Positions 8,367 to 18,157 are shown, counted from the first letter of the stretch. The stretch: DNA of 27,309 bases from an uncultured Desulfofustis sp. (GCA_965601575.1 CBFCWR010000001.1:1-27309); one strand, 5' to 3'. Translations and numbers: made by a program. Notes: generated by a model from the sequence alone, not told the origin.

Positions 8367-10387
8367 AAATCATCCGCTCGTTTAAGCACACTGTAAGACA
8401 AGTAGAGAACGTCTGGATTCCAATGCCTGACGGGGTTCAACTCGCCGCCCGAATCTGGTTGCCGGAGGAAGCGGATAGTACCCCGGTACCGGCGATTCTC
8501 GAATACATCCCCTACCGCAAAAGAGACTCCAAGCGCAGTCGTGATACGCAGATCTACACTTACTTCGCCGGCCACGGTTATGCCGGTGTAAGGGTTGACC
8601 TCAGAGGCAGCGGCGATTCTGAAGGGGTGCTCCGGGATGAATACCTGCAAGTGGAACTGGACGACGGCCTTGCCATTCTGCAATGGCTTGAACAGCAAAA
8701 GTGGTGCAACGGCAGAGTGGGGATGATGGGAATTTCATGGGGAGGTTTTAATGCGTTGCAGATTGCCGCCCTGCAGCCGCCCCAGTTGCGGGCGGTAATT
8801 TCTGTGTGTTCGACGGACGACCGTTTTGCCGATGACGTCCATCACATGGGCGGCTGCCTGCTGGGTGACAATCTCTCCTGGGCCTCCACCATGTTCGCCT
8901 ATAACTCATGCCCGCCGGATCCTGAAATCGTCGGCGAGCGCTGGCGTGAAATGTGGTTTGAACGTCTCCAGGGCAGCGGGCTCTGGCTGGAAAAGTGGCT
9001 GCGGCACCAGCGTCGTGATGATTACTGGAAGCACGGCTCGGTGTGCGAAAACTTCGAGGCCATCCAATGTCCGGTCATGGCCGTGAGCGGCTGGGCGGAT
9101 GGCTACTCCAATGCGGTCTTCCGTCTCATCGAGGGGTTGCAGGTGCCGCGCCTCGGGTTGATCGGCCCCTGGGGCCACAATTACCCTCACGTCGGCGTAC
9201 CTGGTCCTGCTGTCGGCTTTCTGCAGGAGGCCTTGCGCTGGTGGGACAAATGGCTCAAGGATATCGAAACAGGCATCATGGAAGAACCGATGCTACGTGC
9301 CTGGATGCAGGACAGTGTACCGCCGACCACCAGCTACGAGCTGCGCCCTGGGAAATGGGTGGCCGAATCCACCTGGCCGTCGCTGCGCTCGACGATGAAA
9401 GCCTACGCACTTGCTCCGGCCAGGATGCTGGTCAGTTTCCCTAAGCCGCAGAAGGAGGAGTGCCGCAGTCTGCAGTCGCCGCTGGGCTTGGGCCTGTTCG
9501 CCGGTAAATGGTGCTCCTATGCCTCCGCCCCCGATATGCCCTACGATCAGCGTCAGGAGGACGGCGGTGCCCTGGTCTACGACAGTGCCCCCCTGGCGAC
9601 CCCGCTGGAATTATTGGGGGCACCCCGGATCGAGCTGGAGCTCGAGGCAAACCGGCCCGCCGGCATGATTGCCGTACGCCTTTCGGATATCGCCCCCGAC
9701 AACAAGGCCACCCGTTTTACCTACGGGCTGCTGAACCTGACCCACCGCGACAGCCACGAGCTGCCGCAGCCGCTCGTGCCCGGAAAAAGGTACCTGGTCA
9801 AAATGGCCCTTAATTACGTGGCCCAGCGAATTCCTGCCGGTCATCGTGTGCGTGTGGCTGTCTCGACTTCTTACTGGCCGATGGCCTGGCCGTCCCCGGA
9901 AGCAGTGCAACTCAAGATTTACACCGGCAAAAGCATGCTCTTCCTGCCGGTGCGCAAATCACGTCTTGAGGATACCCAGATCCGTGCATTCGATGCTTCG
10001 GAGGCAGCCCCCCCCTTGCGCGTCAACGTGATCAAGCCTCAACATCATAACTGGAGGGTCGTCCGTGATCTGGCCAGGGACATTTCCACGCTGGAGGTAA
10101 TCAACGACGACGGCGTCCAGCTTATCAACGAAATCGACTTGACCATCGGCCGTTCCACCAAGGAATGGTATACGTACCAGGGGGATGATTTCAATTCAGT
10201 CAGAGGCGAGACCCTTTGTGAACGAAGTTTCTGCCGAGGTTCCTGGTCCACCAGGACGGTCACGAGGACCGTCTTGACCTCTTCCCGGAAGGCTTTTTTT
10301 GTCTGTGCAGAACTCGACGCATACGAAGGGGATAAACGGGTATTTTCTGAAAACTGGGACTCTGTCATACCCCGTGACTTTGTCTGA
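8363..10387 (+). CDS. CocE/NonD family hydrolase (peptidase S15 / Xaa-Pro dipeptidyl-peptidase-like)
   Basis: EYIPYRK, VDLRGSGDSEG, nucleophile GISWGG, GWADGY (Asp) and GPWGH (His), then a C-terminal beta-sandwich. The start overlaps the upstream stop (ATGA). No signal peptide. Confidence 0.93.
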   Translation: MKIIRSFKHTVRQVENVWIPMPDGVQLAARIWLPEEADSTPVPAILEYIPYRKRDSKRSRDTQIYTYFAGHGYAGVRVDLRGSGDSEGVLRDEYLQVELDDGLAILQWLEQQKWCNGRVGMMGISWGGFNALQIAALQPPQLRAVISVCSTDDRFADDVHHMGGCLLGDNLSWASTMFAYNSCPPDPEIVGERWREMWFERLQGSGLWLEKWLRHQRRDDYWKHGSVCENFEAIQCPVMAVSGWADGYSNAVFRLIEGLQVPRLGLIGPWGHNYPHVGVPGPAVGFLQEALRWWDKWLKDIETGIMEEPMLRAWMQDSVPPTTSYELRPGKWVAESTWPSLRSTMKAYALAPARMLVSFPKPQKEECRSLQSPLGLGLFAGKWCSYASAPDMPYDQRQEDGGALVYDSAPLATPLELLGAPRIELELEANRPAGMIAVRLSDIAPDNKATRFTYGLLNLTHRDSHELPQPLVPGKRYLVKMALNYVAQRIPAGHRVRVAVSTSYWPMAWPSPEAVQLKIYTGKSMLFLPVRKSRLEDTQIRAFDASEAAPPLRVNVIKPQHHNWRVVRDLARDISTLEVINDDGVQLINEIDLTIGRSTKEWYTYQGDDFNSVRGETLCERSFCRGSWSTRTVTRTVLTSSRKAFFVCAELDAYEGDKRVFSENWDSVIPRDFV

Positions 10388-10626
10388 GCCGGTCCGTTCA
10401 GGCGTAGACTGATCCCTGATACATCAGCACAGTAAAGGATTTCCCACGAGTCAATAATCAAGACCGAGCCAGCCGCATCCTCCTTTACTGAGCCACTTTC
10501 AACTACAGTCCAACGATCGGGCCGGCCGGCTCTGCCTGACAGAAGTTCAGGGTATGATTATAGTTTAACTGTGTTGACAGGCAGTGAGATACTCCTGAAA
10601 ACTCGATAGATCGGCATGGAGGATAT

Positions 10627-12015
10627 ATGTGCTTCTCTCCTGTCATTTCCCGCCTGCGATGGGCACGGCTGTTTTGTGTCATTATCCCGCTCTGCCTGTT
10701 ATTTGCTGTTCCCTGCCTTACTTCAGGATCCGAAGAGAAAAGTTCGGCGCTGGTTCTCAGCATAGACGGCACCATCAATCCCGCGGTATCAGACTACATC
10801 AGAAAAGGGTTTCAACTGGCCGCAGAGCAAGGCGCTGCTCTACTGATTATCCAGATGAATACGCCCGGGGGACTCGACGCCTCGATGAGGGATATCATTC
10901 AGGAAATTCTCTCTTCTCCGATCGCCGTGGTAACCTACGTGTGGCCGGACGGCGCCAGGGCCGCAAGTGCCGGCACCTATATTCTCTATGCCAGCCACGT
11001 GGCCGCCATGTCACCGGCAACCAATCTCGGGGCCGCCACTCCCATTCAGATCGGCGGTCTGGGCGATGGCAGGGAAGGAAAGGAGGATGAGGGAGATGCG
11101 GCTGAAGATACCAGGTCGACCCTTGAGAAAAAGGTAATCAATGATGCCAGCGCCTATATCAAGGCCCTTGCCGACAAACACAACCGCAACGGCGAATGGG
11201 CGGTAGAGGCTGTGCAGGAGGCGGTGAGCCTGACCGCCCGCGAAGCACTCGAGCTGAACGTCATCAACATAGTGGCTGAGAACCTTGAAGATCTGCTTGA
11301 ACAGCTTGACGGCTTCCAGCTCAGCGTGGACGGTGAACCGGTATCTTTGATCACCTCCGGGGTGCGCGTGAATCATTTCGAGCAGAGCTGGCGCTACAAA
11401 TTACTCGGGGTAATCAGCGACCCGACCATAGCCTATCTGCTCCTGCTGCTCGGCTTTTACGGGCTTATCTACGAACTGGCCAATCCTGGTTTTCTGCTGC
11501 CGGGGGTGGCAGGCGGCATCTCCCTGATACTTGCCATGTACGCGCTTCAGCTGCTGCCGGTTAATTACAGTGGGCTGGTGCTGATGATACTGGGGATAGG
11601 CTTTCTTATTGGCGAGGCCTTTATGCCAAGTTTCGGTACCCTGGGTATTGGCGGAATCATCGCTTTTGCCGCCGGCTCCCTCATCCTCATCGACGATCAA
11701 ACCATGCGTGTCGCGCTGCCCACCATCATCGGCACCACGGCGGTGTCGGCGCTCTTTGTTATCCTGCTGATGAGCAGGGTGGCGGTGATGCGGCGACAAC
11801 GCATTCACACCGGTGTCGAGGCGATGGTCGGGACGAGGGGCGAGGCGCGATCAGATTTCACCGGCTCCGGCCTGGTCTGGGTAAACGGGGAGTCCTGGAA
11901 TGCACAGTCCAGTGTGCCAGTGAAAAAGGGAGACCAGGTGAAAATACTGTCCGTATCCGGTCTTGAACTCATTATCGAACCATTGAAGGAGGACTCTGGC
12001 CATGATCACTCCTGA
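10627..12015 (+). CDS. nfeD: Long-form NfeD membrane-bound serine protease (ClpP-like N-domain, TM bundle, OB-fold)
   Basis: Signal peptide, IDGTINP, MNTPGG, AASAG (Ser), NLGAATP, EKKVIND (Lys), multi-TM region and C-terminal VNGESWNA; GGAGG RBS. Confidence 0.93.
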   Translation: MCFSPVISRLRWARLFCVIIPLCLLFAVPCLTSGSEEKSSALVLSIDGTINPAVSDYIRKGFQLAAEQGAALLIIQMNTPGGLDASMRDIIQEILSSPIAVVTYVWPDGARAASAGTYILYASHVAAMSPATNLGAATPIQIGGLGDGREGKEDEGDAAEDTRSTLEKKVINDASAYIKALADKHNRNGEWAVEAVQEAVSLTAREALELNVINIVAENLEDLLEQLDGFQLSVDGEPVSLITSGVRVNHFEQSWRYKLLGVISDPTIAYLLLLLGFYGLIYELANPGFLLPGVAGGISLILAMYALQLLPVNYSGLVLMILGIGFLIGEAFMPSFGTLGIGGIIAFAAGSLILIDDQTMRVALPTIIGTTAVSALFVILLMSRVAVMRRQRIHTGVEAMVGTRGEARSDFTGSGLVWVNGESWNAQSSVPVKKGDQVKILSVSGLELIIEPLKEDSGHDHS

Positions 12016-12817
12016 TTTTCTGACCCCCAATCTGATGAGCTATGTGATTCCCCCCCTGCTGGTCGTTGGCCTGATTGCCCTGTCGCTGAAGATAGTTGCA
12101 GAGTACGAGCGTCTGGTCGTGCTCTTTCTCGGGCGTTTTCAGGCGGTCAAACAGCCGGGACTGAGAATCGTGGTGCCGGGTATCCAGCGTGCCTTTCGGG
12201 TGGATCTGCGGGTTATCACCATGGACATCCCGCCCCAGGATGTGATTTCCCATGACAATGTCACGGTTCGGGTAAACGCGGTGCTCTATTTCAGGGTCGT
12301 GGATCCGGAAAAAGCCATTATCCAGGTTGAAGACTACAGCACCGCGATCAATCAGCTCGCCCAGACAACGCTTCGCTCGGTACTGGGGCAGCATGATCTG
12401 GATGAAATGCTGGCCGACCGTGAAAAGCTCAATGACAATATCCAGCAGATTATAGACAAGAGAGCCGATGCCTGGGGCATCAAGGTGATCAACGTCGAAA
12501 TCAAGCATATCGATCTCAATGACTCGATGATCAGGGCGATCGCCAGGCAGGCCGAAGCAGAGCGAGAGCGAAGGGCAAAGATAATTCATGCCGAAGGTGA
12601 ATTTCAGGCAGCTGAAAAACTGCTCTCGGCAGCGAACATTATATCGCAAAACAGCCAGGCCCTGCATCTCAGGTACCTGCAGACATTAAATGACATTTCG
12701 ACCAACAAGACCTCGAACACCATCGTCTTCCCGCTGCCGCTGGAATTCATCAAGTCAATGGGGCCGAAGAGTCTGGATCTAAAAGACGGCGCCGGGCAGC
12801 AGGAGCCCGCCGTTTAG
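12002..12817 (+). CDS. Stomatin-like (slipin, SPFH/band-7) protein
   Basis: N-terminal TM, EYERLVVLFLGRF, VDLRVITMDIPPQDVISHDNV, AQTTLRSVLG, QAEAERERRAKII and LRYLQTL; overlaps the nfeD end by 14 nt. Confidence 0.95.
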   Translation: MITPDFLTPNLMSYVIPPLLVVGLIALSLKIVAEYERLVVLFLGRFQAVKQPGLRIVVPGIQRAFRVDLRVITMDIPPQDVISHDNVTVRVNAVLYFRVVDPEKAIIQVEDYSTAINQLAQTTLRSVLGQHDLDEMLADREKLNDNIQQIIDKRADAWGIKVINVEIKHIDLNDSMIRAIARQAEAERERRAKIIHAEGEFQAAEKLLSAANIISQNSQALHLRYLQTLNDISTNKTSNTIVFPLPLEFIKSMGPKSLDLKDGAGQQEPAV

Positions 12818-13086
12818 TGACCCGGCCGGGTGACCAATCGTAATGTCTTCAGTGAGTTATTGGCCCTTCTGCCGCCATTTTGTGTGAGCGTTTATGAGAC
12901 AATGACAACCGTTACGTGCTGTTCAACAGGTCCGCGTTCATTTTCTCATCACCGGGGTGCAGTTTTTCGGGAAAATCGGCCCCGAAAAGAGAGTCAGAAA
13001 ACTTGCTATTAGGCCGTTTTTTGCAGGATAATTAAGTAGAGCCTGAGTCCTTTTTTACTCACTGCGATGTCAAAAAGGAGGTCGTC

Positions 13087-15147
13087 ATGGCGAAGACAAA
13101 ACAGAACGGTCTGCATCACCACATCACCGCCGTAAAAAAAGGTGAACGCGCCTTCGAGAATGCCTTCCAGGCAGTCTCACGGATGATCCTCGAAAAGAAG
13201 ATTGACAAGGTCATTGTCAACGGTAAAAGCACTTTCGATTATCTGATCTTTCGCCAAGCAGAGAAGCATATCATCGGCATGTATGATGAGATAAACTCGT
13301 TCGTGTCTTTCGTGAAAGACGCCTCACAGGGCGGATCGTCCGGGGAAATGGCTTTCGTGCTCGTTGGTGAGCCCGGCAACGGCAAGACATTTCTGGTCGA
13401 ATACCTGTGCACCTTGTATCGGCAATTTCTCTTTCGCGAGGAAAACAGGCGCTATACGTTCCGGTTCAACGGCATGAGCCAACTCGGTCATTACGGTGAC
13501 ATAAACGTCATCGAATCACAGACCTATGAAGACCCCATGGTCCTGGCCATGAATCTGCTCGAATCGGCGGACGATTCCCGCAATTATCTGGCCCGCCGCT
13601 ATCGACTGAGCACTGCGATTATTGAGAAATGGTGGCAGAATTATCGGCCGCTTGGCGCCTGTACCGCCTATATCTGGAATGATATAAGGGACTTCACCGG
13701 GGGTAAACTCGAGGATATGCTGAAATTCGTCGAGATCGTGCCGGTCCCCCTGACTGAAAGTCTCGGCACGGTAACCGGAAAATATCCGGCCAAGGATAAG
13801 ATTACCTCATCCGCGGTAGACCTGCTGGGAGAGGAGTCGATTCAGAGGCTTCTGCACATAACCGACACCAACAACCCTTATCGCTTCGATCTTCGCAGGG
13901 GGGCGCTGGCCCGGGTCGCCGGTGGAGGCATCCATTTCAGCGATGAGATCTACAAGAACAAAAAGGACCTTGTCCAGGTCTATCTCAGCATTATTCAAAA
14001 CAGGACGATAGAAATAGACGGCTACAAATGGCCCATCGACACGCTCATCGTGGCCACCAGCAACAATGCCGAATTCAATAAGTTCCTGGCTGAAAAAGAG
14101 GAAGCACCGATCATTGACCGCTGTCGCGTCTGCTATGTGTCGCATAATACCGACTATCGCCTGCAGGGCCAGCTCACGGATTACGCCATTGGCGATAAAA
14201 CAAAAACGACCCTGACCGGAGACGAGCTGCACCAGGATCCAAATCTCAATTACGCCGCTTCGGTGGGGGTTGCCTTGACCAGATTGCCGCGCTCGGAGAA
14301 GTTGACGCCCATCGAAACCATGAAACTGGCTGCGGGCGAGGTAGCGGGAGAAAAATCGATAAAAACCCTTTCGGAAGTCATCGACACCTTGAACCAGGAC
14401 GCCGACGTCACCAGCCGTTTTGGCCAGAAAGGTCTGGGGCAGAGAAATCTGGGGCGGGCCATGCAGCTGATGCTTGAAAGTTCGGAAACGAACGAGGGGC
14501 AATGCATGTTTGCCTACGACATCTACAATGCCCTGGAGCGCATTGTCCTGGACTATGTGCCGGAGCCAACCGACCGGGCGAAATTTCTCGATGACCTGAA
14601 GACGGCACGCGGCCTCTACCGGGAGCGGATCATGACGGAAATGTTCAACGCTTACATGGATGAGCCGCTGGCAATCAGAAAGGACGTTCTGAACTACGTG
14701 AACATGATCATCGGCATCGATGCCGAAAATCTCGGCCCCGACCAGCTGTGGAAATATAAAAATCCGCAGACCGGGGAACTGCAGGCATTGAAAATCGACG
14801 AGCGCTATATCAATTCCGTGGAAGATTGCCTCGGGCTGAAAATAAAAGAACAGAAGGATACCTTCAGGACATCGATCCGTAAGATTTACGGTCAGAAGAT
14901 CTCGACGAACCCGAACTACGATTTTATGGACAATCTCGAACTGGTCAAAGCGGTCACCGATGTGCGGTTGAAATCAGATATTGCCGGGGCCGGCAGTCTC
15001 ATCGGTGCACTGGCGAACAGAACGAATGAGGAAAATCAGAAGCTCTACGACCGGATGGTGGACACCATGTTGAACAAGCTGGGCTACTGTAGAACCTGCG
15101 CCCAGAAAACCATTGAGTACTTCTGCACGCAGGTGGATGAAACATAG
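13087..15147 (+). CDS. prkA: PrkA/YeaG family AAA+ ATPase (annotated serine protein kinase), copy 1
   Basis: Walker A GEPGNGKT, Walker B IHFSDE, sensor SNN, Arg-finger IIDR and C-terminal LGYCRTCAQKTIEYF; AAGGAGG RBS. Confidence 0.9.
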   Translation: MAKTKQNGLHHHITAVKKGERAFENAFQAVSRMILEKKIDKVIVNGKSTFDYLIFRQAEKHIIGMYDEINSFVSFVKDASQGGSSGEMAFVLVGEPGNGKTFLVEYLCTLYRQFLFREENRRYTFRFNGMSQLGHYGDINVIESQTYEDPMVLAMNLLESADDSRNYLARRYRLSTAIIEKWWQNYRPLGACTAYIWNDIRDFTGGKLEDMLKFVEIVPVPLTESLGTVTGKYPAKDKITSSAVDLLGEESIQRLLHITDTNNPYRFDLRRGALARVAGGGIHFSDEIYKNKKDLVQVYLSIIQNRTIEIDGYKWPIDTLIVATSNNAEFNKFLAEKEEAPIIDRCRVCYVSHNTDYRLQGQLTDYAIGDKTKTTLTGDELHQDPNLNYAASVGVALTRLPRSEKLTPIETMKLAAGEVAGEKSIKTLSEVIDTLNQDADVTSRFGQKGLGQRNLGRAMQLMLESSETNEGQCMFAYDIYNALERIVLDYVPEPTDRAKFLDDLKTARGLYRERIMTEMFNAYMDEPLAIRKDVLNYVNMIIGIDAENLGPDQLWKYKNPQTGELQALKIDERYINSVEDCLGLKIKEQKDTFRTSIRKIYGQKISTNPNYDFMDNLELVKAVTDVRLKSDIAGAGSLIGALANRTNEENQKLYDRMVDTMLNKLGYCRTCAQKTIEYFCTQVDET

Positions 15148-15189
15148 ATAGCAGATTCGGAAACTCATTGATCAGACTGAGAGGTTGCG

Positions 15190-16515
15190 ATGATTGATGA
15201 TTCTCGAAAAAAATACCGGTCCCTCTCTGCTGCAGGGCCGGCACCTCCCCCGCCTCCCCCCGGTTTTATTCGACCCCTCTATGACTATCATGACGCCGAG
15301 GCCTGGTCCCTGACGCCGATACTTAAATTGGCTGCCATGGCGCCGACCCGTTCACTCGATGAATTGATGACCCGGGACAAACAGCGGGAGAAGGACGGTT
15401 TTCCACGAAAAATATTTCTTGGCAAAGTGGTGAAACCGGGCGGCAAGGATGACGAGCGCGTCGTCGTGGTGCCGACAACGGTGGAAGAAAAATTTCTCCA
15501 TGATGCGGTGGTTGTGGATGAAGACAGTGAGGGGGGCGCAGGAGGCGAAGATCCGCTCTACGGGGGCCAAGGTGAGGGGGAAGAAGGGGAGATCATCGGC
15601 GAACAGCCCATCAGAAACGGCCCGGAGGGGGGAGCAGGAGCGGGTCATGGTGAGGGAACCATCCATGAAATCGAGTCGAATGCCTACGAGCTGGGCAGGG
15701 TGCTTACCGAAGAGTTCAAACTGCCCAACCTGAAGGACAAGGGTAAAAAAAGGTCCCTCACGAAATACTCCTACGACCTCACCGACAGACACAAAGGCTT
15801 TGGCCAGGTCATAGACAAGAAAGCGACGTTGCGGCAGATAATCAAGACCAACATCGGTCTCGGCCGAGTCCACCAACGGGCAAGAGTCAGAACGGATGCG
15901 CTGCTGGTTTCACCACATGATCGCATTTACCGGATTCTGTCCAAGGAGAAGGATTATGAATCCCAGGCAGTGGTGTTTTTTCTCAGGGATTATTCGGGAT
16001 CCATGGGAGGAAGGCCGACGGAGGCGGTAGTAAGTCAGCACATCATGATCTACTCCTGGCTCACCTATCAATATGAGAACCAGGTCGAAACCAGATTCAT
16101 CCTCCATGATACGGAAGCGAAAGAAGTCGAAAACTTCAACATTTATTACAACTCCAAAGTAGCCGGGGGAACCCAGGTGGCATCGGCATACCGGTTGGTA
16201 AACCGGCTGGTGGAAAAGGAGAATCTGGTACGAGACTACAATATCTATGTCTTCCATGGAACCGATGGCGACGATTGGGACACGAAGGGTGAAGAGGCAC
16301 TTCCGGAACTCAGGAAAATGCTCACTTACGTCGCCCGCATAGGTATCACTATCGCCGAGAATAGCTTCGGCATTCCAGGACGAAGCGACCTGGAGCGCTA
16401 TATCAGAAAATCGGGGCTGCTGGATGAAAAGCCCAGCCTGCTCAGGCTTGACGTTTTAGGCAGGGAAAGCAGCGAGTCAAGGCTTATTGAAGGTATCAGG
16501 GCACTGATATCGTAG
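15190..16515 (+). CDS. DUF444 / YeaH-YhbH family vWA-like protein
   Basis: ELPNLKDKG-like FKLPNLKDKG, DKKATL, MIDAS RDYSGSM, FILHDTEA, GGTQVASA and HGTDGDDW. The start codon is uncertain; ATG 15337 is an alternative. Confidence 0.9.
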   Translation: MIDDSRKKYRSLSAAGPAPPPPPPGFIRPLYDYHDAEAWSLTPILKLAAMAPTRSLDELMTRDKQREKDGFPRKIFLGKVVKPGGKDDERVVVVPTTVEEKFLHDAVVVDEDSEGGAGGEDPLYGGQGEGEEGEIIGEQPIRNGPEGGAGAGHGEGTIHEIESNAYELGRVLTEEFKLPNLKDKGKKRSLTKYSYDLTDRHKGFGQVIDKKATLRQIIKTNIGLGRVHQRARVRTDALLVSPHDRIYRILSKEKDYESQAVVFFLRDYSGSMGGRPTEAVVSQHIMIYSWLTYQYENQVETRFILHDTEAKEVENFNIYYNSKVAGGTQVASAYRLVNRLVEKENLVRDYNIYVFHGTDGDDWDTKGEEALPELRKMLTYVARIGITIAENSFGIPGRSDLERYIRKSGLLDEKPSLLRLDVLGRESSESRLIEGIRALIS

Positions 16516-16528
16516 GAGATGAGCATCC

Positions 16529-18157
16529 ATGGAACTGATCAGCCAACATGCAAAAAAAATAATGGAGGGATGCAAAGAACGGGCTCGCGAGGTTGGGCTC
16601 AGTTTTCAGGACGACAGCCTTGAATATATTGTCACCAACCGGGATATTCTGGAATTGTCACCCAAGACGATGATTCCCACCCTGTATGACTATTGGGTCC
16701 AGGATGTCGAAGTGTTGCGGGAGTTCGGCCGCTACGAACTCTTCCCCTACAACCCCTATGAGACGGTAATCAACACGCGGCCGCCTATCTCGTTTTATAA
16801 CGACAACAATCCGGACTGGCTCAACGTGATGATTTTTTATCACGTCATTGGCCATATCGACTTCTTCCAGAACAACCTTTTTTACCAGCACACCTGGGAT
16901 TACGATTTTACCAGCAGGGCACTCTCCGATAAGCGACTGATCAGCCAGCTCCGCTCTGAAAAGGGACGCTGGGTTGATTACATAATCGAATTCGCCAGAT
17001 CGATCGACAATCTGGTGGGCTATTTTTCGATGATGTCGGCCCAGAGACAGCTGTACTTCACCCGGACAGTGACCGCGGTCGATTACTATTTCGATAGATT
17101 CCTGCAGGAAGAGGCGAAGGTGTCCGTACCGGACTACTTCAAGGAAATCGAACGGTATAATAGCCTGTTGCGCACACATCCGGACGACACGGACGAGAAG
17201 TTTCTCGATGAAGTACGGTCGCGCCATGCCGAATTCGACTCGTACTGGAACAAATATCAGGAGCAGGATAGAACCGCCGATTGTCACGACCTCCTGGAAT
17301 TTATCATGGAACATTCCAGTTTTCTCAACAAGGAAGAGAACCGCTGGATGAAAATGGTCATTGAGGTCATCCGCAATACCTCGCTTTATTTCCAGCCCCA
17401 GATTCGAACCAAGATTCTCAACGAAGGGTGGGCGAGCTACTGGCACGAAAAGCTGTTCCTGAGCGATGATCGGATTAGCGGGCATGAAATTGATTTTGCC
17501 AGGGTGCATGCCAAGGTGACATCGATGCGGCGCATCGGTCTGAATCCCTATGCGTTGGGCATGCATATGTTCTTTTTCCTTGAAAATATGGCAGACAAGG
17601 GGCGGATCAGCAGCGACTACCGCCGTCTGCGCGACAGAACCAGGCGGGACACTTACGACAACGGTGCCGGCCAGGGACGAGACTTTATTTTCAACATACG
17701 CAGAACCTATTGCGATTCGATGTTCGTTGCCGACTACATCACGCAGGATTTTATTGATGAGCACAAACTGTTCGTTGCCGGCAGAAAACTCAATGAACAG
17801 CGCATGACCTGGCAGTATTACGTCAAGAGCCGAAGTGCAGAGGATTACCGGGACATGGTGTTGGACTCTCTGTACCATCCTCCCGCCATTGAGTTTGAAA
17901 CAACTCCTGAAAACCACCTGCATCTGCACCATCTCTTCGAGGGGAAACCGCTGGTGCGTGACTACATTGCCGGAACGATGCTTGGTATCGAGTATCTGTG
18001 GGGCGACCAGGTTATCCTGGACACCTTTGAGCCGGTCAAAAAAGAGGTTGCCAGTGACACGGGTGATGCCGCCAAGACGGAAACCCCCAGACAGGAGATA
18101 GGCTGGAACAAGGTAAGATACAAGATGCGCGACAGGCAACTGTCCCGTAAAGAGTGA
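16529..18157 (+). CDS. SpoVR/YcgB family protein
   Basis: YETVINTRP, FYHVIGHIDFFQNN, YFQPQIRTKILNEGWASYWH and LNPYALG; adjacent to DUF444. Confidence 0.93.
   Translation: MELISQHAKKIMEGCKERAREVGLSFQDDSLEYIVTNRDILELSPKTMIPTLYDYWVQDVEVLREFGRYELFPYNPYETVINTRPPISFYNDNNPDWLNVMIFYHVIGHIDFFQNNLFYQHTWDYDFTSRALSDKRLISQLRSEKGRWVDYIIEFARSIDNLVGYFSMMSAQRQLYFTRTVTAVDYYFDRFLQEEAKVSVPDYFKEIERYNSLLRTHPDDTDEKFLDEVRSRHAEFDSYWNKYQEQDRTADCHDLLEFIMEHSSFLNKEENRWMKMVIEVIRNTSLYFQPQIRTKILNEGWASYWHEKLFLSDDRISGHEIDFARVHAKVTSMRRIGLNPYALGMHMFFFLENMADKGRISSDYRRLRDRTRRDTYDNGAGQGRDFIFNIRRTYCDSMFVADYITQDFIDEHKLFVAGRKLNEQRMTWQYYVKSRSAEDYRDMVLDSLYHPPAIEFETTPENHLHLHHLFEGKPLVRDYIAGTMLGIEYLWGDQVILDTFEPVKKEVASDTGDAAKTETPRQEIGWNKVRYKMRDRQLSRKE

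Noticed and set aside
12820-12831. Palindrome ACCCGGCCGGGT after the stomatin gene as a terminator
   Set aside because: It forms only a 4-bp stem once a loop is allowed, and there is no U-tract.
13009-13025. Sigma-54-like -24/-12 element (AGGCCGTTTTTTGCA) upstream of prkA
   Set aside because: GG-to-GC spacing is 9 nt rather than the required 10. Similar near-misses at about 1003 and 22954 also fail.
16658-18139. 493-aa antisense ORF over the SpoVR gene
   Set aside because: It lies entirely opposite a well-supported gene, has no recognisable motifs, and is a typical codon-bias shadow frame.
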